Made by a program: the position numbers and the translations under genes | In this document: positions 28,987 to 41,027 of the stretch, piece by piece | How the letters are laid out: every line of letters begins with the position of its first letter | How positions within the stretch are numbered: the stretch's first letter is position 1 | DNA from: an uncultured cyanobacterium | GTDB taxonomy: Bacteria; Cyanobacteriota; Cyanobacteriia; Cyanobacteriales; CAWCAG01 | Direction of reading: 5' to 3' | Length of the DNA stretch: 64,000 bases | Assembly: GCA_963803805.1 (NCBI GenBank) | Contig: CAWDOD010000002.1 | Location: 704,001 to 768,000, forward strand | The notes under the pieces: model-generated | Told to the model about the DNA's origin: nothing | What the model saw: the letters and a program-made list of their open reading frames with translations, nothing else | The model's database searches: none

Positions 28987-29601
28987 TTCGGCAAATTGAA
29001 AATTTAAAAATTTTTAGTAAGTTGGGCTTTGGTTACTTCCTATCTACTAACAATGATATAACGGGAAGTTATTTGTGAGTAAGAAAAAAGCTCCAACAAC
29101 CAACTTAATAATCAAGAATTTGCTTTCTCAAGTTGCTGTTGAAAACAGTATATAGCCATTATTAGCTGAAGCAAGCAACTATAAGAAAGTTTCAAAAAAA
29201 ACTATTTTTATCTCTAGAAACAAAAAACGCTATCAAAAACAAAAACTTGAATTTCCGAGTTTTCCCTGAAGATCGATACTGATAAACCAGCTTTTTACCC
29301 TGTTTTGTTAAAGTTTTCTCCCTTTGACTATTTGTTTTCTATAAAGACGAACTGAGAAGCGAATAGCTGAACTAAGATATTCCTTTTGTTATTGCGTTTA
29401 TATACTTGTTTATTTATCAAGAAAGGAAAAATCTTATGGTCACAATAGTTGAATGTACGCACATTTTTTACTGACAACACCAAACTAGCTAAGATAGAGA
29501 AATGGCTTCTATCTCAACACAGTTAGGCAGTAGGGAGATTTTTCTTACTTAACAGGGTTTGTAACTTGTTTCAAGGATTTTCGTAACATTTCTTAACAAA
29601 C

Positions 29602-30889
29602 TTAGTTGCTTTCCAAAGGCATCTTTTCTTTGAGGCGCTTAATTTGGGTTTGGAAATAAGTCTGGTTATATCCTAAAGAACTGGCAATCGCCAAAGCATT
29701 TTCGTAAGCTTGCAGCGCACTTTGATAATTTTCCTGTTCTAGATAAATTTTAGCCATCTTCTCAAAAGTTTCCATACGGCTGTAATCGTTATAGCCATAG
29801 TTGTCGATCTTCAGGAGTTCTTGATAAATTGTGAGCGCCGCTTCTGGCTCATCATTCTCGTAATAAAGTTGAGCTAGTTTTTGAAAAGCTTGACTAGCCG
29901 CATCAAATTGTTGAATTGCCCAAGCCGCTTGAAAGGCTTCTTGATAACTTTGACTAGCCGAATCAAGTTGTTCTAGAACTCTATAAGCATCACCAAGGGA
30001 AATTTTCAAACTTGCCAACTTTTCATATTTTTGATTAGCAAGATAAAGTTGTTCCAATTGCTTTTGAATAGCCAATTTTTGGGCTGATAACTTGTCTTGT
30101 TCGTAAATATAAGCCAGGTTTTCTAAGTAAGCTATTTCTTGATTCGTATCTGATTCTTGTTGTGCCAAAGAGAGCAAATCTTGATAGGTATTAGCAGCTT
30201 GACAATAATCAAACCAAGCTAAATGGAAGTTGCCAAGGATATTTAAAGCTGCTTTTTCTGTCTCAATATCTCCAGCTTGTCTGGCATTAGCGAGGATTTT
30301 TTCATAAATATTTAAAGCTTGTCCGGGAGCTTTCACTTGTTCATAGGCTTTACCCAAAGCTTGAAGTAAATCAGGGCTAAGATCACCTTCTTTTTCTACT
30401 TCTGCTTGGATTATTTCTAAGCGTTCAGTAATTATTTGTACATCCTGTTTACGATTTTCTTGAAAAGCAATTTCTCCCACTCTTCCTAAAGCTTTGATTT
30501 CTTCTAAACGGCCAAACTCTCGCCAAACCCTTAATTCTCTATACCAAATTGTAAAAGCTTCATCTTTGTTTCCTGCCCTCAACTCTGCCTTAGCTTGGAC
30601 ATCTAAATCATTCAAAGCGGCGGCAATACGTTTACGTTCTAAAGGGCTAAGGGGGCGTTCTATGGCAGGATTAGGTAAAAGAGGATTCTGTTGTGGTAAT
30701 TTCGAGGGGATTAAGTTCTTCTTCACTTCTTTCTTGTTCTTGATAACGGCGTAAATCTGCTCTTTGAGAACTTTCGTAATTAATGGCAGGATGAATAGGA
30801 CACGAAGTAGTTTCTTGTGCTTTAGCCGGAGATATTTCTAGGGTGATCGCTAAAGTTAGTAGGGCTAGAGTGAATTTTTTATCAACCAT
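29602..30889 (-). CDS. Exported TPR protein, split by one frameshift near 30688
   Basis: Signal peptide in ORF 30671..30889; removing one A joins NPLEITTTDPLLPNPAIERPLSPLE to the TPR ORF 29602..30726. Confidence 0.75.
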
Positions 30890-31105
30890 TATGAATTTCA
30901 GTTGTCAGTTATCAATAATATTTAATGACAACCGTAACCCTAACAATGTTCAATATTTCCTGTTCAACATGGCTTTTAGTCTAGGCGATCGCATCTTAAA
31001 CCTAGTAATTATCTGATTTTGACTTTTCCCTATTCCCTATTCCCTGCTCCCTAAAATTTAGTATTATAAAAGATTGTATCTCCTAGAATCATTAAGGAAA
31101 AAGCT

Positions 31106-31342
31106 ATGTCCCGCAAATGCCAACTAACTGGTAAAAAAGCTAATAATGCTTTTGCTGTCTCCCACTCCCATCGCCGTACCAAAAAGCTCCAAAATGCCAA
31201 CCTGCAATGGAAGAGAGTTTGGTGGCCAGAAGGTAAACGTTGGGTTAAATTGAAACTTTCCACCAAAGCAATTAAAACCTTGCAGAAAAAAGGTATTCAA
31301 GCCATGGCTAAAGAAGCGGGCATCAATCTTAATCAACATTAA
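31106..31342 (+). CDS. rpmB: 50S ribosomal protein L28
   Basis: [34 protein letters not shown]. Confidence 0.97.
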   Translation: MSRKCQLTGKKANNAFAVSHSHRRTKKLQNANLQWKRVWWPEGKRWVKLKLSTKAIKTLQKKGIQAMAKEAGINLNQH

Positions 31343-31768
31343 AAGAATAGGGAACCGGGAATAGGCAAGCAATACCCCAAGAAAAAAATGCTCCCTATCT
31401 CCCCATCTCCCTACTTCCCCATCTCCTCACTTATAACTAAAGAAAGAATTATACCCAAGTATGATAGGTTTCCTGGATAAGCTGGGCAAGCTATTGGCAG
31501 CAAAAAATTAACCAATTTGTTTGTGGAGGAAAGCTCATTTTACTGACCCAATACTCCCAAATACTTTATTAATCTAAAAAAAAACTCAATCCCTAACCTA
31601 AATTAAATTCGGCAGGTGAAGTATAGAGTTAAGTTGAGCATTTTCTTGAATCTATTTTAGAAATTGCCCTTCTTGATCTCTTCAAATCAAATCTGGCCAA
31701 AATTCTCTATAACTTAAATTTTCTATTTACTAATTACCTAATTTCTTAAGCTTGATAGGAAAGCTACT

Positions 31769-34700
31769 ATGCCACGTAGGAAAAAGAAAGTCAACTTTCT
31801 CAAAAAACTCTTGAAACAAACAGCCAATTGGCTTGCCCGTCGCCTGCGACTTACTACACCAAAAAGTCGTTCTTCTACTAAAGCAGGTTTTGTTTTACCC
31901 ACTGTAGTGATGGTGATGTTGGTAGTCGCTTTGCTGACTACTACTATTATGATTCGCTCTTTTGATAGGAGCAAAAATGCTAGTAACTATCGGGTTGATC
32001 AAGTAGTTCTTAATTCTGCCTTACCTGCCATTGATAGAGCGAAAGCGAAGATGGAAAAGGTATTTGCTTCGCCGACTACTAGGGGAACAGCCTCGGAAAT
32101 CATTATTAATACTGAGTTTAAAAAATCTAAGTTTACTTTCAAAGATGAAACTCGCTTAGAAATTGCTTACGATGCGGCTACACCTGCGGGTATCCAAGGG
32201 GGAATAGGTAAGCCGGCTGTCAATCTCAAAGAAGATGAAACCAGCATCAATGCTTGGCGTTTTCCTGTCGATACAAATAACAACGGTAAATTTGATAGCT
32301 TTACTCTCTACAGCTTAGTATTCCGTACTCCGCTTTTTGATCCTGCTGGTACTGATGGTGACTATATCAGGGAAAGGACTCCCATCGAAGCCAGGACAGC
32401 CCCTATGGACGATGGAGATGTGGGGGGCTTTTGTGCCGCAGCTTTAGGGACGAGTGCGAGTTTAACCGGTAGTAGTGACTGGTTTGATATTGGTGGAGAC
32501 TTAAAGAAAAGCTTTTTTGTTTATGTGGCTACCGTACCAATTACAGATATAACGGAATTAGCCCTTTCTACTACGGAGTATGAAAACTTTCCGGGAACTC
32601 CTAACTTCTCTGTGTTGGAATATCAACAAGACCGAGTAGAAATTCCCCCTGCTAACAACGCTATCCTTTATACCGATGACTTGGATGTAGTTTCTGGTAC
32701 ACCTTTACGCATTAATGGGCGGATTTTTACTAACAGTAATATGTTGGTGACGGAACTAAACAATGCCCCCATTGAATTTTATCAAGTTAGTAGTGAAGAT
32801 TCTTGCTTCTATAGACCAGAAAACGGCAAAATTGTTATTGGAGGGAACTTAGGTTACGGCAGAATTGGTGCAGCTAGCCCTCCTGCTAATAACCTCAAAG
32901 CTGACCTTTATAAAAAAGGTAACGTTACTGTCAAAAATGATGCTTTAACCCCTACCAATAAAAGCGTTACCCAAGCTTCAGACTTGTTGGCATACAATAC
33001 CCAAGCTTATGAACAACGCATCAATAAGCTTGTAGAGGAAGGTGCGCCAAATGACGAGGTTTTAGAAACAAAGCAAGCACTCATAGATGAAAAAGGCTTA
33101 GATGCTATCGAGGCTGAGAAACAGGCGATGGATATCTACTTCCGTAACCGTACTCGTCGAGTTCCTTTCGTTGAAGTTCCTGCTGGAGGTGATGGCACAG
33201 TTGGTTTCACAGCAGTACAGGGGGCTGGGACAGACGATATGCGTCCACAAGATAGTTGGATGTTTCCTTTTAATCCTGGTGATGGCAAAACAGGGACTGG
33301 TTTCAGTACTATGACCCTGAATGCCAATGGCACTAAACTTTACCCCGCAGCTACCAATCCAGATAATATCCAAAGTGATAGGGAAGAAAGGGTAGGAGAT
33401 CGCGTTTTAGTTGGTAACGGTTTACCGGCCCTTTGGTACGACAACAGTGGCTTCGTGGGGGAAAAAGAAAAACAACCCATTTCTGGCTTCACCTGGGATG
33501 ATAGTGGGCAACGTTATCGCCAAACTCGCTCTGAGTTGGTTAAAGACTTGGATGCGACAGAAAGGGGTGGTTTTTGGGAACAGGCAGCGGCTGAACATTT
33601 CCAGAAGCCTGAAGATGGTATAGGTGGCTTGCGAGTTGTTACAGGTGCAGGTGTTTATTTACCTTGGGATGCCAATATCACTACGGGTTCTAATGTCAGT
33701 CTGACCTGATACAATGCCTCAGCCAGCTCTGAATACGACTACATATCCGACAGGAGTACCTACAACTACTCCTAATACAGGAAAGGTTTATACAGCAGGC
33801 AGTCCTATAGACTCTGCTGGTACTCGTCCTTACCTACATATGCGGGCAACGGCAGTTTATCACCATAACAATTTTGTTGCTGATGGAGATAAAAATATTG
33901 CTAGAGATCCCATAGCCTGTGTAGCGACTTTCTACGACCCCACTACGAAAGAAACAGCCAGGAATCGTTTAAACGACTTTGGGGGTGCTAGTCTTGCCAG
34001 CGATGCTGATTTTGACTTTGGTGATGGTGCAACTCCATTTGATGATGTTAGTGGTTTTGCTGCCAGGAGGCCTGTAGTAAATCCTCCTAACCCCGTTCTT
34101 ACTCTTGGCAGTATACCGACAAGGGCAACTTTAGTTGGTGATACTGATCCTAACAATGACCCTAACTCCCTCAATGGTATAACCTACGGACCGCCTACGA
34201 CTCCAGATACTGCTCAACTTGATTATCAAGCAGGACTATTTTATCCTAATGGACGCAGGGTCAATCCTTTATTAGAACAGGCTAGGATTAAAGGATATAC
34301 CAGTGCTACACTGACACTTCAAGAGAAAGCTGCGGTAGATACAGCAACTTGCGCCCTGGATATTCTTAATGGAAGTTTAACTCCTACAGGAACTCCAACT
34401 AGTGGTTTTAGCTTGCCCCACGGCACGATTCAGGAAGTATCTTTCCTTGATGCTCGGCAGATTAAGTCCATTGAGAAAGATATTAATACCAATCCAACTA
34501 ATGGGTATGATCCTGAAAACAACTTTGACCCAGCAGCAGGGACACCTAATTTCCAAGGTGTAACCACCCTCAACACATCAAATTACGACTTATCCATTGA
34601 GCTTCGTCAGCCCTTGGAAATCAGGGCTACTCAAATCAACTTAGACAAATTACGTCAAGCTCCTGGTGGAGGAGGTACGCCCACAGAATATATGCTTGCC

Positions 34701-36572
34701 CATAGCGGTATTATCTACGCTACCCGCGAGGATGCTTTACCAGACTTGACTGATGCTGATGGTTTACAAGCAAGTGCCTCTGACCACAAACTAGACCCAA
34801 CTCGCAGACCTAACGGCATCTTGCTAGTTAATGGCAAGGAGTTAGGGCGAGAACCAAGCAACAATTATGTAGAAGCGGAAAAAGGTTTAATCTTAGCTTC
34901 TAACTTACCAGTTTATGTAAAAGGGGATTTTAACCTCCACGATCACGAAGAATTTGATACTAAATTACTTCCTGATTGGAGTAACTTTTATACCCGCACC
35001 GATTTGAATAAAAACTTCGCTTGTCGTAAAAATGATACCAGGTTGCCAGATTGTACTCAAGGGGATAAGTGGCGACCAGCAACTGTATTAGCAGATTCTG
35101 TGACGCTTTTGTCTGATAACTTCCGCTTTGGTTTCCGCGATGAAGGTGACTTTGATTTAAGGAACAATCGCATTGATAACATAGCGGATGCGGATAATGA
35201 TGGAACCACAGATATAGATAACTTCCAAACTATTCGGAATGACCGGGCAAAGAATGGTTTTTGGGATAACAACTTTGTTACTAGCCGCTCTTTTACTGAT
35301 ACTAACTTCTCAACTCCTATTTCTGCTACTGGCGATCCCACTAAGTACAGCTCTTATTTCAATAACTTTGTTACTCCAATTCAAAGACGGAGTGGTTTCG
35401 CAGAGTATGTGATGGAAATGTGTCCCAAACTACCTGTTTCTGAATGTGCTGCGAGTGACTGGATTTTAGCCCCAGGTGTGACATCAGCAACTGTGATAGC
35501 AGGTACAGCAGTTACTTCCCTGACATCAGGAACTACTAAAACAGCCGCAACCAACACAGCGGAGCAACGTTTTCCCCGTAGAGTTGCCTTCCAACGCAAT
35601 GGTTCAGGAAATTTAGTTTTAGTTGGTGGTCGCCCAGTGGCATGGGGAGTAGATAGTAGTAGCAAGGTTCAGCTCTATAGCGGTACGAGTGTTCCTTCTA
35701 ATAAACCAGGTAACACTCTTTGGTTCAAAACCATTAAATCTGGTGCTATCAACTGGGGAAAAAATAATCCACTATTTATTCAAAATCAAGCTGCTCTTAC
35801 AGGCGCAACTCCAGATGAACATCCTCTTTTAGAACCAGTAACACAACTACAAATTGCCACTAAAAATTCCCCTGGCGATGAGGCTAGTTTCTTAAATTTA
35901 ATGAGTAGCAGCAATAATCCAGTTGCGCTGACAGAATGGCTACCTCAAGCTGCTCTAAATCCCTCTGCAACAGGAAACGAAGGAACTACCTTTAACATGA
36001 TTATGGCAGTAGGAGATAATCCTTCCCGTCCTCCTGGTGCTAGTGATGATGGAGACTTTAATGGTGGTGTAGCTAACTTACCTCACTTTTTGGAAAACTG
36101 GAAATCGAATTTAACAAACAATAACAGCCCTACTACCCCTTCCAAAATTAGCGGTTCGTTTATTCAACTCAAACGAAGTAGCTATGCAACTGCTCCCTTC
36201 GTGACAGTACCTATAATTGATGACCAAGACGCTTATACCAGGGTGGCAGACAGTAGATTTGGCACTAAGCTAAGCTACAGGACAGGTAACAGTGACGGGC
36301 GAGTTCCATACTACGAAGCACCAGAAAGACAATGGGGTTTTGATGTCGGCTTGCTTTCTCAGTCTCCTGACTTATTCTCCAAGGAATTCGCTCAATCCTT
36401 TAGCGGTGAACCCAATGAATACTTCCGAGAAATTAGTCGGGATGATGAATGGATAGAAACCTTGCTTTGTGGTAAACCTCTAACCCCAGCAGAAGATGCG
36501 ATCGCATCTACAAAAGCAATCAACGATAGAATACGTCCTAACGGATTCTGTACTGCTAAAACAGGAGGCTAA
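31769..36572 (+). CDS. hpsA: HpsA-like giant minor pilin (hormogonium polysaccharide cluster), interrupted at ~33700
   Basis: Prepilin-like G/FVLPTVVMVMLVV without Glu5, RSFDRSKNASN, AWRFPVDT, GGLRVVTGAG, DPTRRPNGI, WGFDVGLL; ORFs 31769..33709 and 33714..36572 abut. Confidence 0.8.
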
Positions 36573-36575
36573 ACC

Positions 36576-37298
36576 ATGAAGAAATTACTAAAGCAACCTT
36601 ACTTAAACCCAAACAATCAAGACGGTTTCACCATCATTGAATCCTTGTTAGCGATTATTGTCGTCGGCATCTTAATGACAGCAGTTGCCCCGGTGATTGC
36701 CTTCTCCGTAGCTAACCGAGTCCAGGCACAAAGGGTAGAAACAGCAACGAATGCAGCTAGGGCGTTTATAGAAGGGGTTAGGAATGGTAACATTCCCGCC
36801 TTCGAGGGCGATCCTGATGCTATTCCTCCTATTCCTGCCAAATTAAACCTTAGTGCTACTGCCTTTGAAAATGAACCGGCTCCTGCTAAGGCAGCTCTCA
36901 ACTGTCCCAAGGATCGGGACTTTTGCACCAGCCCCACCACCTTATATTGTATCAACGGTGATGAAAACGCCGGTTGTCAGATCGATAGCTTTAAGGACAT
37001 GATTGTTCAGCCCCACGGCTATCATCCTGATGGTACAGTAGCAGATCCTGAAGATGGTTATATCTTAGGACTGCGGGTTTATCGGGCAGATGCTTTCGGT
37101 AGTAGCGGAACCTTAGAAACAGCTAAAGACGCAGGGGGAGTTGAGTCGGCAGTCACGGGAGGCACTGGTTTGAGGGATTCACAAGCGCCGTTATTAGAGC
37201 AAACCACAGCCATTACCACCGATGAGACGCAATTTGCTGACTTGTGCGATCGCATTAACAAACAAAATTCTGGTGGCGTTGATTCAAATTGTGACTGA
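36576..37298 (+). CDS. hpsB: Type IV prepilin-like protein, HpsB-like
   Basis: G/FTIIESLLAIIVVGIL N-methylation motif; LRVYRADAF; second gene of cluster. Confidence 0.75.
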   Translation: MKKLLKQPYLNPNNQDGFTIIESLLAIIVVGILMTAVAPVIAFSVANRVQAQRVETATNAARAFIEGVRNGNIPAFEGDPDAIPPIPAKLNLSATAFENEPAPAKAALNCPKDRDFCTSPTTLYCINGDENAGCQIDSFKDMIVQPHGYHPDGTVADPEDGYILGLRVYRADAFGSSGTLETAKDAGGVESAVTGGTGLRDSQAPLLEQTTAITTDETQFADLCDRINKQNSGGVDSNCD

Positions 37299-37341
37299 AC
37301 CGTCGGGAACAGGACTTAAATAAAAATGGGGTAAAACAGTA

Positions 37342-38430
37342 ATGATTCAGGATAACAAAACAAAGGAGAGAAACAATCTTAAAAAACTGCTCCTGTTAGC
37401 CCAAAAACCACTGAGGGGTAGAGGGAAGAGTACTGCTGGTTTTACTCTCATCGAACTCCTCGTAGCCATGATTATCGCTGCCCTTGTACTTACTCCTTTG
37501 TTAGGATTTATGATCAACATCCTTAACACTGAAAGGCGTGAAGGAGCAAAAGCCAATGCTGCCCAAGAATTGCAATCAGCAGCAGATTTTATCGCTAGGG
37601 ATTTACAACAGGCCGTTTACATTTATGATGCTGATGGGCTTTATGGCAATACGACCAAAGGCTTCAATAAACCGATTATCGATCAAATAAAAGCTGACAA
37701 TATACCTAATTTATCTAATGCTACTCCGGCATTAGTATTTTGGAAACGCAAACTACTGAAAAATTCTACACCTCGCTCTTCTAGCAATGAGAATGTAACC
37801 TATTGCGAAAATAACCCCACAGACTGCGACGATGCCTTTGTTTATTCTTTAGTTGCCTACTATTTGGTAATAGATGACGCAACTAATGATCTGACCAATC
37901 AATGGCCAGGAAAGGCTCGCTTAGAGAGATTTGAAATTCAAGACGGAGTTAGGAAACGTTCAGATCCAACTAAATATTTAGATGGTAGCAAGTACCCAGA
38001 TTCAGGCTATGTATTCCAGTTAAGTACATTGCCAGGGGATAATCTGGTAGCCCAAATGAATAACTGGGAAAAAGCAGCGGCGGCTTTTTCCAAGCCTACT
38101 CAAGTATTAATAGATAATATAGATGCAACACAAATAAATACTCCAGCTAGCTTTGGTATAGAAAATTGCCCCACTGGTTTCCAACAAATACCAGACTATA
38201 CAAAAGTAGATGCTAAATTTAAGACCTATAGTTTCTATGCCTGTGTTGCTTCCAATGACAATCGTAAAACAGCCGATGCAGTCCAGGTATTCTTAAGGGG
38301 CAACGTCGCACATCGTCTCAATCCTAATCCTTTTAATTCTAGCGACACAGAATACAAAACAGATAATGCAACATTGTTTCCTAAAGCGACGGTGGAAGTT
38401 GATGCTACTGGGGGATTGGGGGACAATTAA
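37342..38430 (+). CDS. hpsC: Type IV prepilin-like protein, HpsC-like
   Basis: G/FTLIELLVAMII, IARDLQQAVYIY, PALVFWKR, YSLVAYYL. Confidence 0.75.
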   Translation: MIQDNKTKERNNLKKLLLLAQKPLRGRGKSTAGFTLIELLVAMIIAALVLTPLLGFMINILNTERREGAKANAAQELQSAADFIARDLQQAVYIYDADGLYGNTTKGFNKPIIDQIKADNIPNLSNATPALVFWKRKLLKNSTPRSSSNENVTYCENNPTDCDDAFVYSLVAYYLVIDDATNDLTNQWPGKARLERFEIQDGVRKRSDPTKYLDGSKYPDSGYVFQLSTLPGDNLVAQMNNWEKAAAAFSKPTQVLIDNIDATQINTPASFGIENCPTGFQQIPDYTKVDAKFKTYSFYACVASNDNRKTADAVQVFLRGNVAHRLNPNPFNSSDTEYKTDNATLFPKATVEVDATGGLGDN

Positions 38431-38466
38431 ATTAAGTAATAAGTAATAAGTAATAGGTTATGGGTT

Positions 38467-39126
38467 ATGGGTAAGAGTTATTTTTGGCACAAATCAACTT
38501 CAGCGAAAGAACAAGGTTTTACCTTGATTGAGTTGCTGGTGGTGATTATTATGATTGGTATTTTGAGTGCGATCGCTGCCCCCAGTTGGCTAGCCTTCCT
38601 CAATCGTCAGCGAGTCAACAAAGCGAATGACGCTACTCTTCGGGCTTTACAAGATGCCCAAGTTAACGCGAAAAAATATAAACTTACTTATAAGGTGAGC
38701 TTCAAAAGCGACGCTACAGATGGTATCCAAATCGCAGTTTATCCTGATGGCGCTGATGATATAAATACACGTTGGAAGTCTTTAACAGAAGGGTTAGAAG
38801 TTAAGCCAGATCAGGTAGTATTCTTAAGCAATTTAGTGAATGATACTGATGCTACAGATAATAAGGACGACAGCGATACTAATGAAAATACCACTAACGC
38901 TACAACGACTCCCATCGGTATCGGTACAGAAGTCAAGACTGTTAGTTTTAACAGTTTTGGTAACGTAGATGCCGACGGTTTTGGTGCAGCTAATAATATA
39001 GTCCTTTCTGTAGCTGTTCCCAATAAAAATGGAACACCACCGTATTTTGAAGGTACTGTTCGCTGCACCAAAGTGATGACTCTTTTAGGAGGATTGCAAA
39101 CAGAAAAAACTACTGCTTGCCCTTAA
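38467..39126 (+). CDS. Type IV prepilin-like protein (FimT/GspH-like, HpsD position)
   Basis: G/FTLIELLVVIIMIGILSAIAAPSW; C-terminal RC..V.TLLG...C. Confidence 0.85.
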   Translation: MGKSYFWHKSTSAKEQGFTLIELLVVIIMIGILSAIAAPSWLAFLNRQRVNKANDATLRALQDAQVNAKKYKLTYKVSFKSDATDGIQIAVYPDGADDINTRWKSLTEGLEVKPDQVVFLSNLVNDTDATDNKDDSDTNENTTNATTTPIGIGTEVKTVSFNSFGNVDADGFGAANNIVLSVAVPNKNGTPPYFEGTVRCTKVMTLLGGLQTEKTTACP

Positions 39127-39148
39127 TATCAAGAAATATCTTCTGTCT

Positions 39149-39751
39149 TTACACCTTAATTTTCTGTAACATCCTTCGGAAAAGCCTTGGCTTGACTTCA
39201 TTGTTATTAGAAGCGTTGTAACAGGTAGCAAATTCTGCTAATGCCGCTTCAAGCTCACCTTCAGCCTCTATAAGTTGCCAAAACTTAGGGAAATCTTCTT
39301 GGGCATTTTCCAACCAAAAATCCATCTTTTGGCTCTTATCCTTCAAAAATAATTCAATGTTGCTGTTGACAGTATCACAATAATCTAGAGCAACAGACAA
39401 TGGGGCATGATTACTAAGTGCATTTTCATCGAATGAACCCATTAATACCCCCTCTTTATATGCTTTGACAATGCCGCGAGAAAAACGCTTAACAAAGCTA
39501 CTGGCAGTAGCGTTATCGTCCCTTTTTAAATGAACGTATATAGCATCGTTACCATAAACCCTCTCTAACCTTCCTAAAACCCAGGAAAGTCTGTTATCTG
39601 CTTCTATATGATTTTTGGGATAGTTGAAACGCTCTTCTCCAATCAACTTACTTCTTGATTCATGGGCGCTGCTAAAATTTGATATATGTTGGCACGCTTT
39701 GATGAAAGTAGTTGAACCACATCTGCCAGTATTTAAGATGAAGATATTCAT
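39149..39751 (-). CDS. Sulfotransferase-like P-loop protein
   Basis: N-terminal IFILNTGRCGSTT, SAHES, YVHLKRD resemble PAPS-binding motifs. Confidence 0.55.
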   Translation of the reverse strand: MNIFILNTGRCGSTTFIKACQHISNFSSAHESRSKLIGEERFNYPKNHIEADNRLSWVLGRLERVYGNDAIYVHLKRDDNATASSFVKRFSRGIVKAYKEGVLMGSFDENALSNHAPLSVALDYCDTVNSNIELFLKDKSQKMDFWLENAQEDFPKFWQLIEAEGELEAALAEFATCYNASNNNEVKPRLFRRMLQKIKV

Positions 39752-39895
39752 TTTGCCCTTGTTGATGCTTACCAGGTATAGATTTAGTATTCCTACAAAA
39801 CAACAAAAAGTGACATATCTTTTCTAAATCAAATTAGAGTAAAGGGGTAAAAGATTGAATCACCAAGCCTTTTCCCCCTTACCTTTGGTTAATGA

Positions 39896-40102
39896 CTAAT
39901 CTTTCCCCTCAGTTTTAATCACGACAGTAAACGGGGCATCTTTTGTTGCTTCCATAGCAGATTTAACCCCGGCGTTAATAATCTTCTTAAAAGCCTTACC
40001 TGTATCTTCATCATCATTCTTCTTTTTGTCAGGGGGAAACACATCTTTAATAAATAGTGCAGCAACAGTTGTGAAAACAATCAGTGCGGGTAGTTCTACC
40101 AT
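39896..40102 (-). CDS. Small hypothetical protein with hydrophobic N-terminus
   Basis: 68-aa ATG ORF divergent from the sigma factor, followed by a hairpin at ~39842-39880. Confidence 0.55.
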   Translation of the reverse strand: MVELPALIVFTTVAALFIKDVFPPDKKKNDDEDTGKAFKKIINAGVKSAMEATKDAPFTVVIKTEGKD

Positions 40103-40328
40103 GGTTCGTTAAACTAGTTAAGGTTTATTTTTGGTGATCGCGTGCGATCGCCTCAAAACCTTTAACGCCAAGGTACAAAAGAATATTCCAAAAATTCCGA
40201 AAAATGTTTCTTTCTAGCCGACAGCAACGGCACTAGATAAAATATGTTTGAAGGTTTGCGACAGATAAAGTGATGGTGAGATGATGAGAACCAAACTGTA
40301 ATACAAATCCTCTTCCCTGCTAGTTAAT

Positions 40329-41027
40329 ATGCCGTCTGACTTACCAGATTGTCCCCTTGAAGAATTGTTAGAACGCTATTTCCAAGGGGATGTAGAGGTT
40401 TGCAAGCAGGTAGTAAAGCATTCCCATTATCGTCTTCGAGTTGAGATTATTGCTCGTCAAAAAACAGTTTCAACTTGGTTGCATTGGGAAGACGCGGTTC
40501 AAGAAGTCCATATTCACATCCTTAAAGTAATGGGCGATCGCTGCTTTCGGTGGGGTGGAGAAAAGGAGTTTTATCGTTGGTTAGATCGGGTTGCAGAAAA
40601 TAAGATTCGGAGTTTGCTGCGTCAAGAATACAGGAAAAATAAATGGCTGGGGCGAAGTCTTGATCAGACACTTCCAGGAACAAATATTAAACTAAAAGAT
40701 AGCTTAGCTGATGAGTTTAATTTAGCAGATACCGTCGAATTTGCCGATACGATTGCCCAAGTAGCTGAAGCAGTTAAGAAGATCGATCAGCAGCAACCCA
40801 AAAAGAAGTTTCTCAAATTATGGCAAGGGCTACGTCAAGAAAGAAAACAGGGAGAACTTGCCCAAGAGTTACAGGTTAAGCAAGGGGAAATATCAAAGCG
40901 TAGACAGGAATTATTGAGGTTAGTTGCCGCGGAGTTAGGGCTTGTCAATTTTGGACAAGTTAAACAAGAATTACAGGCTATGCGTCAAGGTAAGCTGAAG
41001 CAGCGTAGGCGTTCTAATAGTTATTGA
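40329..41027 (+). CDS. Sigma-70/ECF-like sigma factor
   Basis: Region 2-like WEDAVQEVHIHILK...FYRWLDRVAENKIRSLLR; region 4 HTH KQGELAQELQVKQGEISKR. Confidence 0.75.
   Translation: MPSDLPDCPLEELLERYFQGDVEVCKQVVKHSHYRLRVEIIARQKTVSTWLHWEDAVQEVHIHILKVMGDRCFRWGGEKEFYRWLDRVAENKIRSLLRQEYRKNKWLGRSLDQTLPGTNIKLKDSLADEFNLADTVEFADTIAQVAEAVKKIDQQQPKKKFLKLWQGLRQERKQGELAQELQVKQGEISKRRQELLRLVAAELGLVNFGQVKQELQAMRQGKLKQRRRSNSY

Noticed and set aside
29560-29600. RpaB/HLR1-like direct repeats (also ~26606-26625)
   Set aside because: Degenerate matches in AT-rich DNA; cannot be distinguished from chance by eye
38432-38466. Heptamer/octamer runs (also ~320, 31390, 46339, 47776, 59488) as a novel signal
   Set aside because: Ordinary cyanobacterial short tandem repeats in intergenic spacers
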